NCBI GenBank assembly: GCA_050257855.1
Contig: JBLMXQ010000040.1
Span: forward strand, 7,059-71,058
Reading direction: 5' to 3'
Length of the DNA stretch: 64,000 bases
Source of the DNA: Betaproteobacteria bacterium
GTDB lineage: Bacteria > Acidobacteriota > Vicinamibacteria > Vicinamibacterales > CAVVIG01
Position 1 is the stretch's first letter. The number at the start of each line of letters is the position of its first letter. This document shows, piece after piece, positions 25,414 to 33,505 of the stretch. The notes beneath the pieces are model-generated. The model worked only from the letters and a program-made list of their open reading frames with translations. It was not told the DNA's origin and did not search any database. Both the position numbers and the translations under genes were made by a program.

Positions 25414-26310
25414 ATGTTGAACGACGCCCACTGCCACTTCTTCTCCACCAGCTTCTTTGCCTCGCTCGGCCGCGGGTTGAAAGACGCGCACGAGGCGCCG
25501 GCCGAGATCGCGCTGGCGAAGCTCGGATGGGAGCCGCCGGGATCGCCGGAGCAGCTCGCGGACCGCTGGGTGGCGGAGCTCGATCGCCACGGCGTCGGGC
25601 GCGCCGCGATCATGGCGAGCGTGCCCGGCGACGCGGCGTCGGTCGCCGCCGCGGTCAACCGCCATCCGGATCGCTTCGTCGGCATGTTCATGGTCGACCC
25701 GACCGACGCCGACGCGGCTCCCGGCGCGGCATCAGCGCTCGATACGGGACGGCTGCGGACGCTCTGCCTGTTTCCGGCGATGCACCGGTACTCGCTGCAC
25801 GACGACCGCGTCGGCCGGCTGCTTCAGCTCGCGACGGCGCGCCCCGGCACCGTGGTGTTCGTCCACTGCGGCGCACTGTCGGTCGGCGCGCGAACCAGGC
25901 TCGGACTGCCGAGCCCCTTCGACGTGCGGTTCGGCAATCCGCTCGACCTGCACGCGGTCGCCGCCGCGTTCCCCTCGGTGCCGTTCATCGTGCCGCACTT
26001 CGGCGCGGGTCTGCTGCGCGAAGCGCTGATGCTGGCCGACCTCTGCCCCAACGTGCACCTGGACACGTCGAGCTCCAACAAGTGGATCCGCTATCACCCG
26101 GGACTGACGATCGACGCCGTGTTCGCGCAGGCGCTCGCAGCGGCCGGGCCGGATCGGATTCTCTTCGGCACTGATTCGTCGTTCTTTCCGCGCGGCTGGG
26201 TGAAAGAGGTCTTCGACGAACAATCCGCCGCGCTTGATCGGCTCGGCGTCTCGCGGGAGATCCGGGAGAAGATCTTCAGGGGCAACTTCGACCGGCTTTT
26301 CGCCGCTTGA
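25414..26310 (+). CDS. Amidohydrolase_2-type TIM-barrel metal-dependent hydrolase (amidase/lactonase/decarboxylase superfamily)
   Basis: N-terminal MLNDAHCHFF (HxH metal motif), a later VFVHCG, PHFG and a C-terminal ILFGTDSSFFP (Asp ligand). Length about 298 aa. Confidence 0.75.
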   Translation: MLNDAHCHFFSTSFFASLGRGLKDAHEAPAEIALAKLGWEPPGSPEQLADRWVAELDRHGVGRAAIMASVPGDAASVAAAVNRHPDRFVGMFMVDPTDADAAPGAASALDTGRLRTLCLFPAMHRYSLHDDRVGRLLQLATARPGTVVFVHCGALSVGARTRLGLPSPFDVRFGNPLDLHAVAAAFPSVPFIVPHFGAGLLREALMLADLCPNVHLDTSSSNKWIRYHPGLTIDAVFAQALAAAGPDRILFGTDSSFFPRGWVKEVFDEQSAALDRLGVSREIREKIFRGNFDRLFAA

Positions 26311-26358
26311 TCAGGCCGTTTTCGTGTCCTCGGTGGTGGGTCAGCCCTGCAAGCGACG

Positions 26359-27306
26359 CTAGCGCGCGAACGAGACCGCCTCGGTGTTCCCCCCGCACAG
26401 CAGCACCGCGACACGCTCGCCGGGAACAGGACGGTACCGGCCGGACAGGAGCGCGGCGAATGCCGCCGCGCCGCCGGGCTCGACGACGACCCGCAGCGCA
26501 TCCCACAGCGTCTGCTGCGCGTCGCGGATGCTGTCGTCCGTGACGAGGACGGACTGCGCGACGAACGCCTGCGCGATCGGAAACATCAGCGCGCCGACCC
26601 GGCGGGGCGCGAGGGAATCGGCGGCGATGCCGCCGGCGGGGGCGTCGACCGGCCGGCCGGCGGCGAGCGCGGCGCTCAGCGTCGGCGCCGTTTCGGGCTC
26701 CACCGCGACGACGCGGACGCGGCCGCGATACCAGGCGGCGATGCCGCCGATCAGCCCGCCGCCGCCGACCGCGACGAGGAGGGTGTCGATGGCCGGCAGC
26801 TGCTGCTCGAGCTCGAGCCCCACCGAGCCCTGACCGAGCAGCGTCTCGGGCTGATCGTACGCGTGCACCGGCATCGCGCCCGATTCGGCCGCCCAGGCCT
26901 CGCTCGCGGCGAGCGCGTCGGCGTAACGATCCCCGCCGACGATCAGCCGGGCGCCGTAGCTTCGAATCCGGGCGATCTTGGCCGGCGAGGCGACGCTCGG
27001 CACGTAGATCCGCGCCGGCGTCCGCAGCCGCTCCGCGGCGAACGCAACGGCGGCGCCATGGTTCCCGCCCGAGGCCGCCACGACGCCGGCCGGCGGCACG
27101 GGACGGGTCAGCAGGCTGGCGAACGCCCCGCGCGCCTTGAACGACCCGGCGTGCTGCAGCGATTCCAGCTTGAACACCACGCTGGTAGAATCGAGCCCCA
27201 GGTCGCCGCCAGAGACCTCGACGAGCGGCGTCCGGCGGATATATGGTCGGATGATCCGTTCGGTGGCGGCGATCCGGTCCGGCGTGATGTCGGTAGTGGT
27301 CGTCAC
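26359..27306 (-). CDS. PLP-dependent threonine/serine dehydratase (Trp-synthase beta-like fold)
   Basis: GTG 27306 gives (M)TTTTDITPDRIAATERIIRPYIRRTPL...LQHAGSFKARGAF (PLP-lysine) ...ASGGNHGAAVA...AVGGGGLIGG. The N-terminal 188 aa of track ORF 26359..27870 are antisense to ku and were discarded. Confidence 0.8.
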   Translation of the reverse strand: MTTTTDITPDRIAATERIIRPYIRRTPLVEVSGGDLGLDSTSVVFKLESLQHAGSFKARGAFASLLTRPVPPAGVVAASGGNHGAAVAFAAERLRTPARIYVPSVASPAKIARIRSYGARLIVGGDRYADALAASEAWAAESGAMPVHAYDQPETLLGQGSVGLELEQQLPAIDTLLVAVGGGGLIGGIAAWYRGRVRVVAVEPETAPTLSAALAAGRPVDAPAGGIAADSLAPRRVGALMFPIAQAFVAQSVLVTDDSIRDAQQTLWDALRVVVEPGGAAAFAALLSGRYRPVPGERVAVLLCGGNTEAVSFAR

Positions 27307-27369
27307 GACCGATGATGGTACTCGCGGACGCCGCCGCCCACCACACTTCCGCTGAAGGAGCCGCTCATC

Positions 27370-28212
27370 ATGCCCGCGCGCCCGACCTGGAAGGGATACC
27401 TGAAGATCAGCCTCGTCAACATCCCGATCAAGGTCTTTCCGGCGACCGACTCGGCCGCCACGCTCAGCTTCAATCAGCTGCACGGCGAGTGCCGGACGCG
27501 GATTCAGCAGAAGCGCTGGTGTCCGCAATGCCAGCGCGAGGTGCCCAACACCGACCTGGTGAAGGGCTTCGAGTTCGAGAAAGGCAGGTACGTCGTCGTC
27601 GACGACGAGGACATCGAGAAGGTGCGCGTGCAGTCGACGCGCGTGATCAGCCTGGAACGGTTCACCGACGACACGGCGATCGATCCCATCTACCTCGAGC
27701 GCGCGTACTATCTGGCGCCCGACGGGCCGGTCGCGATGGAGGCCTTCGCCGTGATGCGCGAGGGCATGAAGGGAAAGGCGGGCATCGGGAAGGTCGCGCT
27801 CTACGGACGCGAATACCTGGTCAAGGTGCAGCCGCGCGAACGGGGCCTTGTCATGTACACCCTGCGGCATGCCGACGAGATCCGGAGCATGGAGGCCATC
27901 GACGAGCTGAACGGGATGCCCGATCGCGTCAAGCCGGCCGAAGTCGACCTGGCGCGCCAGGTGATCGGCACCTTCGAGGGCGACGTCGATTTCGCGTCCT
28001 ACCGCGACGAGTACCAGGACGGGCTGCGCGACATCATCAACGCGAAGATCGAGGGGCGCGAGATCGTCACGCAGGAAGTGGAGGCGCCACCGAAGGTGGT
28101 CAATCTGATGGAGGCGCTTCGCAAGAGCCTGGACACGATCAGCGCGAGCCGGAAGAAGGCGGTGCCCACGGCCCGGGAGTCACGGACGCCGGCGCGGCGG
28201 AAACGCGCCTGA
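27370..28212 (+). CDS. ku: Ku protein (non-homologous end joining)
   Basis: GAAGGAG lies upstream of the start. RPTWKGYLKISLVNIPIKVFPAT...FNQLH...KRWCPQC...VKGFEFEKGRYVVVDDEDI...IDPIYLERAYYLAPD is the canonical bacterial Ku core, followed by a basic C-terminal tail. Confidence 0.92.
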   Translation: MPARPTWKGYLKISLVNIPIKVFPATDSAATLSFNQLHGECRTRIQQKRWCPQCQREVPNTDLVKGFEFEKGRYVVVDDEDIEKVRVQSTRVISLERFTDDTAIDPIYLERAYYLAPDGPVAMEAFAVMREGMKGKAGIGKVALYGREYLVKVQPRERGLVMYTLRHADEIRSMEAIDELNGMPDRVKPAEVDLARQVIGTFEGDVDFASYRDEYQDGLRDIINAKIEGREIVTQEVEAPPKVVNLMEALRKSLDTISASRKKAVPTARESRTPARRKRA

Positions 28213-28235
28213 CCCGGGTTCACGGCGCCCGGCTC

Positions 28236-30659
28236 CTATCTGCCGCCCCACAGGATCTCGAACACGCTGCGCACCTCGCGCGGGACCGGGTTGTACGTGG
28301 ATCCGTAGTCGGGGCGGGCGACGTCGCGCTGGACGTCGCGCCAGTTGCCGGCGCCGGTCAGGTTGTACAGCTTGACGCCGACGCGCGCCTCCGGCAGTCC
28401 GCGCGGCAGCCTCACGAGCTTGTACACCGAGAAATCGAACGCCGCGAACGCCGGGAACCTGGCGCCGTTCCGCGGGCCGACGAATCGCCACTCGTCGTCG
28501 ATCGGCGAGTACGGGAAGCCGTTGCGGACCTCGAGGAACGGCGCGATCGTGATCCGCGCCGGCAGCCCCAGCACCGCCCACGTCAGCACGCGGTTCGGCA
28601 CGTCGGCCGGCAGCGGCCCCCAGGCGTTCGGCTGGACGAACGGCTCCGTCAGGTTGCCGAACAGCGACGCGAAATCGTTGAGATCGCCGGTCGTGGCCGA
28701 CCGCACGTACGACACATAGACCGACCGGCCGCTCCGCTTCGACCGGTACCCGACCGTCGTCTCCAGGCTGCGCGCGTGCGAGCGTCCGCTGCTCGTCAGA
28801 GCCAGCTCGCCCGCCGCCGGATCGACGTCGACGATCGGCTCGTCGGATCCCGCTCGCTCCTGGTAGGCGAGGCGGACGACGAACCCGCGATCGAACCGCC
28901 GATCGAGCTGCACGTTCCATGCAGCCGCCCGGGGCATTTCGAGGGGCGCGCCCACGACGTTCACGAACGTCTGCGCGGGCCCGATCGGCGCCCCGGCGGC
29001 ATCGTGCTCCGTGACCGCGCGCGAAGGAAACAGCGGGAACGCGGCCGCGGCGAGCATCATCTTGTCGCCGAACAGGCCGCCGCCGCCGCTGAGCGTGGTC
29101 CGATCGTCGATCTTCCAGGTGGCGCCGATCCGGGGCGCCAGCACTCCGCCCGCCGCGATCGTGGTCCGGTCGTACCTCACGCCCGCTTCGACCGACAGCG
29201 CCGGCCCGACTGTCCAGTCGTCCTGGACGAAGGCGTCACCTTCGATCGCGCTGGCGGCCAGGCGCGATCCGCCGATGAACTCGACGGCCCGCGCCGTCGT
29301 TCCGTCGGACCGCAGCTCGACGACCGGCGCCGCGACGTCCGTGCCGTCGAAGCCGAGCGCATCCACCGTCGCGCCCGCCTTCAGCAGGTGCGCGCCGATC
29401 GTGTGCGCGAACACACCGGTCGCTTCCTCGCGCGACGCCCGGCGGTCCTGCCGATCGAAGTAGGCGCCGGTCGCGACGTCGTGGCCGACGACGTACGGCT
29501 GGTCGCCGCTCGACGTGACGCGCGTCGGAAGCGACGCCACCTGCGCACCGACCTCCAGGCTCGAGCGCGACCCGAGGACCACGCGATCCTCGACCGCCGC
29601 CCGGAGTCCGCCGCGATGCAGTCCGGGCACTGATGCCGCCGGCGTGAATGCGCCGATGTCGACATGGTCCGTCGTCTGCGGATCGTCGTCGAGCCAGAGC
29701 GAAGCCTGGTGGCCGTCCCCGACGCGCCAGTCGATCGACGTCCACGAAAGCGCGGCGGTGTACTTGTTCGACTGCGGGCCCTCGACCGTCTGGAAGTAGT
29801 CCCTGACGAAGCGGTAGTCGAACCCCTGTGCGTACCACAGGCGTCCCTTCGCGATCGGACCGCTGAAGCCGAGGTTCGGCTCCCACGCCTCGACGCCGTC
29901 GATCCCGCCGTGAGCGAAGTGCAGGCGCGGATCGAAGCTGTTGAAGTTGAACCGGAACGCGTCGGTGCCCGGCCGCATCCGGACCAGCGTGACGCCGGCG
30001 GCCGCGCGGCCGTACTCCGCGGCGTATCCGTTCGACAGGACCTGCACGGACGCAATCGGATCCAGCGGCAGCTGGATGTCGGGCTCGCCGAACACGGGAT
30101 CGGTCTGGCTGAACCCGTTGACGAGCATCTGCCCCTGAGGCGCCCGCGCGCCGGCCACGCTGATGAGGCCGTCGGGACCGCGCACGACGTTCGGGACGAG
30201 CGGCAGCACGTCGTCGAAGGTGTTGTTCTGCAGCGGCGCCGCTTCGATCACCGGTCGCGACACGGTCGCCTGCGCGGCCGGCGTCGGGGCGCCCACAATC
30301 GGTTCCGGCGCGGCCGTCACGGCGATCTCTTCGCTCAGTGCGACGACCATGGTCAATTCGATCGATACGATGCCGGGCCCGACGACGACGGCGCGCTCGA
30401 CGTGCGTGAAGCCGGCCAGGTCGGCCGTCAGGCGGTAGATCCCGGGAGCGAGCCGGACGGAAAAGCGGCCGTCCGCATCGGTCGTGACCGCTGCAGGCGG
30501 ATTCGCGACGCCCGGCCGAACCGTCACCGTCACGCCAGGCAGTGGAAGGCCCGACTGATCGACGATACGGCCGGTCACTCCGGACGCGGTCGGGTCCGTG
30601 GCGGCTGCATCAGCCGAGAGCGCCAGAATCAGGCAGCAAGAAAGGGCGAAGATCCGCAT
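28236..30659 (-). CDS. TonB-dependent receptor-like outer-membrane protein with carboxypeptidase-regulatory-like domain
   Basis: ATG 30659 gives the MRIFALSCCLILALSADAAA signal. GVTGRIVDQSGLPLPGVTVTVRP...DADGRFSVRLAPGIYRLTADLAGF; plug-like VLPLVPNVVRGPDGLISVAGARAPQGQMLVNG...VQVLSNGYAAEYGRAAAGV; long beta-rich remainder. Confidence 0.75.
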   Translation of the reverse strand: MRIFALSCCLILALSADAAATDPTASGVTGRIVDQSGLPLPGVTVTVRPGVANPPAAVTTDADGRFSVRLAPGIYRLTADLAGFTHVERAVVVGPGIVSIELTMVVALSEEIAVTAAPEPIVGAPTPAAQATVSRPVIEAAPLQNNTFDDVLPLVPNVVRGPDGLISVAGARAPQGQMLVNGFSQTDPVFGEPDIQLPLDPIASVQVLSNGYAAEYGRAAAGVTLVRMRPGTDAFRFNFNSFDPRLHFAHGGIDGVEAWEPNLGFSGPIAKGRLWYAQGFDYRFVRDYFQTVEGPQSNKYTAALSWTSIDWRVGDGHQASLWLDDDPQTTDHVDIGAFTPAASVPGLHRGGLRAAVEDRVVLGSRSSLEVGAQVASLPTRVTSSGDQPYVVGHDVATGAYFDRQDRRASREEATGVFAHTIGAHLLKAGATVDALGFDGTDVAAPVVELRSDGTTARAVEFIGGSRLAASAIEGDAFVQDDWTVGPALSVEAGVRYDRTTIAAGGVLAPRIGATWKIDDRTTLSGGGGLFGDKMMLAAAAFPLFPSRAVTEHDAAGAPIGPAQTFVNVVGAPLEMPRAAAWNVQLDRRFDRGFVVRLAYQERAGSDEPIVDVDPAAGELALTSSGRSHARSLETTVGYRSKRSGRSVYVSYVRSATTGDLNDFASLFGNLTEPFVQPNAWGPLPADVPNRVLTWAVLGLPARITIAPFLEVRNGFPYSPIDDEWRFVGPRNGARFPAFAAFDFSVYKLVRLPRGLPEARVGVKLYNLTGAGNWRDVQRDVARPDYGSTYNPVPREVRSVFEILWGGR

Positions 30660-30815
30660 TCGGCGGCGGCGGCAGGCAACCCATGCACGTACGAAGCCCG
30701 CGCCACTCACGAGAAATACGCCCGGAGTCCGAGGACTGATTACGCGGCCGTCGCCAATGCCCGGAGGGACACCCGGGGCTGAAGTGTGCTCAGGAACCGC
30801 CGCCGGAAGCGACCC

Positions 30816-32081
30816 TCAACCGAGCAGGTCCTTCAGTCGGAAGTAGGCGCCGACCAGCGGCAGGAACCACGGACGTCCGCGGTAGAGCGGGATCGACGGG
30901 AAGCGACGGTCCATCAACGGATTTGTCACAGGCTCGCCCGACAGACGGCGCGCCACCGCCGTGCCGAGACAGGTCGCCAGGGCGATGCCGTGGCCGCAGT
31001 ACCCCAGACTGTAGTACGCGTCCCGTTGCCCCGCGTGCGGCAGCCTGTCGCGCGTGAAGGCGACAGCCCCTCCCCATGCGTGCGTGACCCGCACGTCTGC
31101 CAGCTGGGGAAACACGCGCAGGAGGTCCCTGTGGAGGACAGAGGCTGCCCGCCGCGTCGTCTCCGGTGCGGGCGACGCGAAGGCCGCACGGCCACCGAAC
31201 ACCAGACGGCGGGTGGCGGTCAGCCGGAAGTAGTGGAGAAGATGCTTCGAGTCGAACGCCGTGCGGCCGTGCGGCAGCAGATCGGCTGCCTGCGCCCCGG
31301 ACAGCGGCTCGGTGGCGATCGCGTAGCTGCCGATCGGCACGACGCGCGACCGCAGCCACGGCGTCGCCGGACCGGTGTAGCCGTTCGTGGCGACGAGCGC
31401 GTCGGCGGCGTCCACGTTGCCGTGCGGCGTCGCGACCGTCCAGCGGGCTCCATTTCGCAGGAGTTCGCTCACCTCGCACCGCTCGATGATCTGCGCCCCG
31501 GCCCGCTCGGCCGCCGCGGCGAGGCCTTCCACGTATCGCGCGGGATTGAGTGCGGCGCCGCACTCGTCGACGAGCAGGCCATGGTAGGCATCGGTCCCGA
31601 TCTCGGACCGCTGCCGGGAGCGCGGGACGAGCTCCACGCGATGCGAGAACGTTCGCGCGAGCAGCGCCTGCTCGTGCCGGAATGCCTCGAAGTGCTGCGG
31701 CCTGGCCGCCGCCTGCACGTGGCCGGTCCGCTGGTAGGCGCAGTCGATCCCTTCCCCGGCGATCAGCTGCTCGAGCTGCGCGATGGCTTCCTTCGACAGC
31801 TCGAACAGCTCCCTGGCGCCGACCTCACCGTTCGTCCGGACGAGCGTCTCGGCGTCGACGGACAGTCCCGGAAGGACCTGGCCGCCGTTCCGGGAGCTCG
31901 CGCCCCACCCGACGCGCTCGCGCTCGAGCACGACGACGGCCGCACCGGTTCGCGCGAGGTGCCGGGCGGCAGCCAATCCGGTGTACCCCGCGCCGACCAC
32001 GACCACGTCCGCGCGCCGGGGCGGTTCGTGGGGCCTGTCGCCCTGCCCGACGGTCTCCCACCAGTATGGCTGTTCGATCAC
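30816..32081 (-). CDS. FAD-dependent oxidoreductase (DAO family, gamma-glutamylputrescine-oxidase/amine-oxidase-like)
   Basis: GTG start. ADVVVVGAGYTGLAAARHLARTGAAVVVLE Rossmann motif, and a C-terminal GYCGHGIALA typical of the DAO family. Confidence 0.85.
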   Translation of the reverse strand: MIEQPYWWETVGQGDRPHEPPRRADVVVVGAGYTGLAAARHLARTGAAVVVLERERVGWGASSRNGGQVLPGLSVDAETLVRTNGEVGARELFELSKEAIAQLEQLIAGEGIDCAYQRTGHVQAAARPQHFEAFRHEQALLARTFSHRVELVPRSRQRSEIGTDAYHGLLVDECGAALNPARYVEGLAAAAERAGAQIIERCEVSELLRNGARWTVATPHGNVDAADALVATNGYTGPATPWLRSRVVPIGSYAIATEPLSGAQAADLLPHGRTAFDSKHLLHYFRLTATRRLVFGGRAAFASPAPETTRRAASVLHRDLLRVFPQLADVRVTHAWGGAVAFTRDRLPHAGQRDAYYSLGYCGHGIALATCLGTAVARRLSGEPVTNPLMDRRFPSIPLYRGRPWFLPLVGAYFRLKDLLG

Positions 32082-32108
32082 GTCGTGACGCAGCGCGTGC
32101 TCATCCGA

Positions 32109-32705
32109 TCATCGGATCCGCTTCTCCATCCGGATCTCGTCCCGCACGGGAATGCCGGCGAATCCGGCCGCGTCCTGCCCGGTGTGCTCGATGACGCTCT
32201 CGGGAACGAGGCCGGTGAGGCGGTAGCCGCGCCGCTGATAGAAGTAGAGCGAGGGAAGGTTGTCATTGGTGGTGGCGACGACGACGCGCGGCAGCTGCAG
32301 GCGGCGGGCGAGCAGCTCGGCTTCGGCGACGAGGTGGCCGCCGACGCCCGAACGCTGCCACATCGGATCGGTCGCGAGCGCGACGATGTGCAGCGCGTCG
32401 CCGAGCAGCCGGTACGCGAGAGCGCCGGATGGATCGGCCCGCATGACGGCGACGAGAGCCGGGATCTGATCGAGGTCCATCACCTCGTCGAACGCGACAA
32501 CCCTGGCCCGCCCGAAGTCGCGCTCGAACAGCTCTCGCACGGCGTTCCGGTCGGCGTCGGTCGCCTCGCGGACCAGAACGGGAGGCAGATCCAGGTGAGG
32601 ACGGCAGGTGCAGACGATCTGGAGCTGGGCCTCGGCCCAGTCCACGAACCGCCCGCACCGCGCGCACCGAAGCACGGCCGGTTTGGCGCCAAACGGTATC
32701 GACAT
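32109..32705 (-). CDS. GNAT family N-acetyltransferase with N-terminal Cys-rich (zinc-ribbon-like) extension
   Basis: N-terminus LRCARCGRFVDWAEAQLQIVCTCRPH (CxxC...CxC). GNAT core ALATDPMWQRSGVGGHLVAEAELLARR...YFYQRRGYR (acetyl-CoA Q/RxxGxG/A motif). Confidence 0.8.
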   Translation of the reverse strand: MSIPFGAKPAVLRCARCGRFVDWAEAQLQIVCTCRPHLDLPPVLVREATDADRNAVRELFERDFGRARVVAFDEVMDLDQIPALVAVMRADPSGALAYRLLGDALHIVALATDPMWQRSGVGGHLVAEAELLARRLQLPRVVVATTNDNLPSLYFYQRRGYRLTGLVPESVIEHTGQDAAGFAGIPVRDEIRMEKRIR

Positions 32706-32715
32706 GGCCCAATCC

Positions 32716-33471
32716 TCAGGGCGTCGCCGCGTGCTCGGCTCTCGCGCCGTGCCGCAGCACCCACCAGATGACGACTCCGAACGTGAGTCCGACCGCGAGC
32801 AACGTCAAGCCGAACAGCCACAGGGTGCGGTAGAGAATCGACTCCGTTTCCATCCGCGCGACGAGCGTGAGCGGGACGCCGCGGAGCCGGTCCGCGAGCG
32901 GCTGTTCCCAGACCAGGATGTTGCCGCGCCTCACGCCGTCCGTGTTGTGATACTCGATGCGGCTCGGCAGGTGCAGCCGGAACGCCACGAGCTCGCGTCC
33001 GTTCCACCCGACGTCGCCGACCGCCTTGCCCGCCGACGCTCCGATCGCCTGGCGATAGTCGAACAGGCCGTCCTTCCGGCCGAACTGGTAGTCCGACCAG
33101 GCGAACGGCTTCGTCTCGCTCAGCCGGCGGACGTCGGAGACTTCGAGGCGGACGTACACGAAGCGCCGGCCGTCGCGCAGCGACGAGCTCACCCGGACGA
33201 CGTGGGTCACCGGCGACTCGAAGAACGCGCGTACGGCCGCGCGATTCACGCGCGCGGTGGGCCTCGTGTCGAACGATGCGCCACGCAGCGCATCGAGCGC
33301 CGGGATCGAGCTGTTCACGTAGATGGTCGCAGTCCGGTCGAGCGAAAGGTAGACGTCCTCCTCGTATTCGTACTGGCGGAACAGGCCGGTGCCGCGGCAG
33401 CCGGCCGTCGTCGCGAGCATCGCGCCGACCATTCCGGACAGCAGGAGCGCGGACACCGCGCGGACCTTCAT
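32716..33471 (-). CDS. Hypothetical lipoprotein with C-terminal TM anchor
   Basis: MKVRAVSALLLSGMVGAMLATTAGC lipobox and a C-terminal TM LWLFGLTLLAVGLTFGVVIWWVL. I recognise no domain. It lies 10 nt upstream of the GNAT gene. Confidence 0.6.
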   Translation of the reverse strand: MKVRAVSALLLSGMVGAMLATTAGCRGTGLFRQYEYEEDVYLSLDRTATIYVNSSIPALDALRGASFDTRPTARVNRAAVRAFFESPVTHVVRVSSSLRDGRRFVYVRLEVSDVRRLSETKPFAWSDYQFGRKDGLFDYRQAIGASAGKAVGDVGWNGRELVAFRLHLPSRIEYHNTDGVRRGNILVWEQPLADRLRGVPLTLVARMETESILYRTLWLFGLTLLAVGLTFGVVIWWVLRHGARAEHAATP

Positions 33472-33481
33472 AGCCGAATGA

Positions 33482-33488
33482 TATAGTA
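33482..33488. promoter_or_regulatory. Overlapping divergent -10 candidates in the 34-bp AT-rich polA/lipoprotein intergenic region
   Basis: TATAGT on the plus strand (33482-33487, 18 nt before polA ATG 33506). TACTAT on the minus strand (33488-33483, 11 nt before ATG 33471). This is the lowest-GC stretch of the window (gatatagtaaaaattt). Confidence 0.35.
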
Positions 33489-33505
33489 AAAATTTCTCCA
33501 GTCTG

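Noticed and set aside
27370-27560. The Cys cluster in Ku (HGECRTRIQQKRWCPQCQ) as a novel zinc-finger insertion.
   Set aside because: The equivalent segment of other bacterial Ku proteins (as I recall for the Bacillus and Mycobacterium homologues) also carries a C...CxxC-type pattern at this position, so it is a family feature and not an insertion.
26359-27870. The 503-aa ORF extending the dehydratase across the ku start.
   Set aside because: The first ~188 aa are antisense to the strongly supported ku gene and have no motifs. The dehydratase homology begins at VTTTTDITPD, so the start was moved to GTG 27306.
30660-30815. The 156-nt region upstream of the second TonB-dependent receptor as a cobalamin or other riboswitch.
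   Set aside because: I could not find a B12-box-like conserved core or the multi-helix junction pattern by eye, only short GC hairpins (for example cccgg-gtgtccct-ccggg) that could be the terminator of the upstream oxidase gene. A covariance-model scan (Rfam/Infernal) would be needed to exclude it formally.
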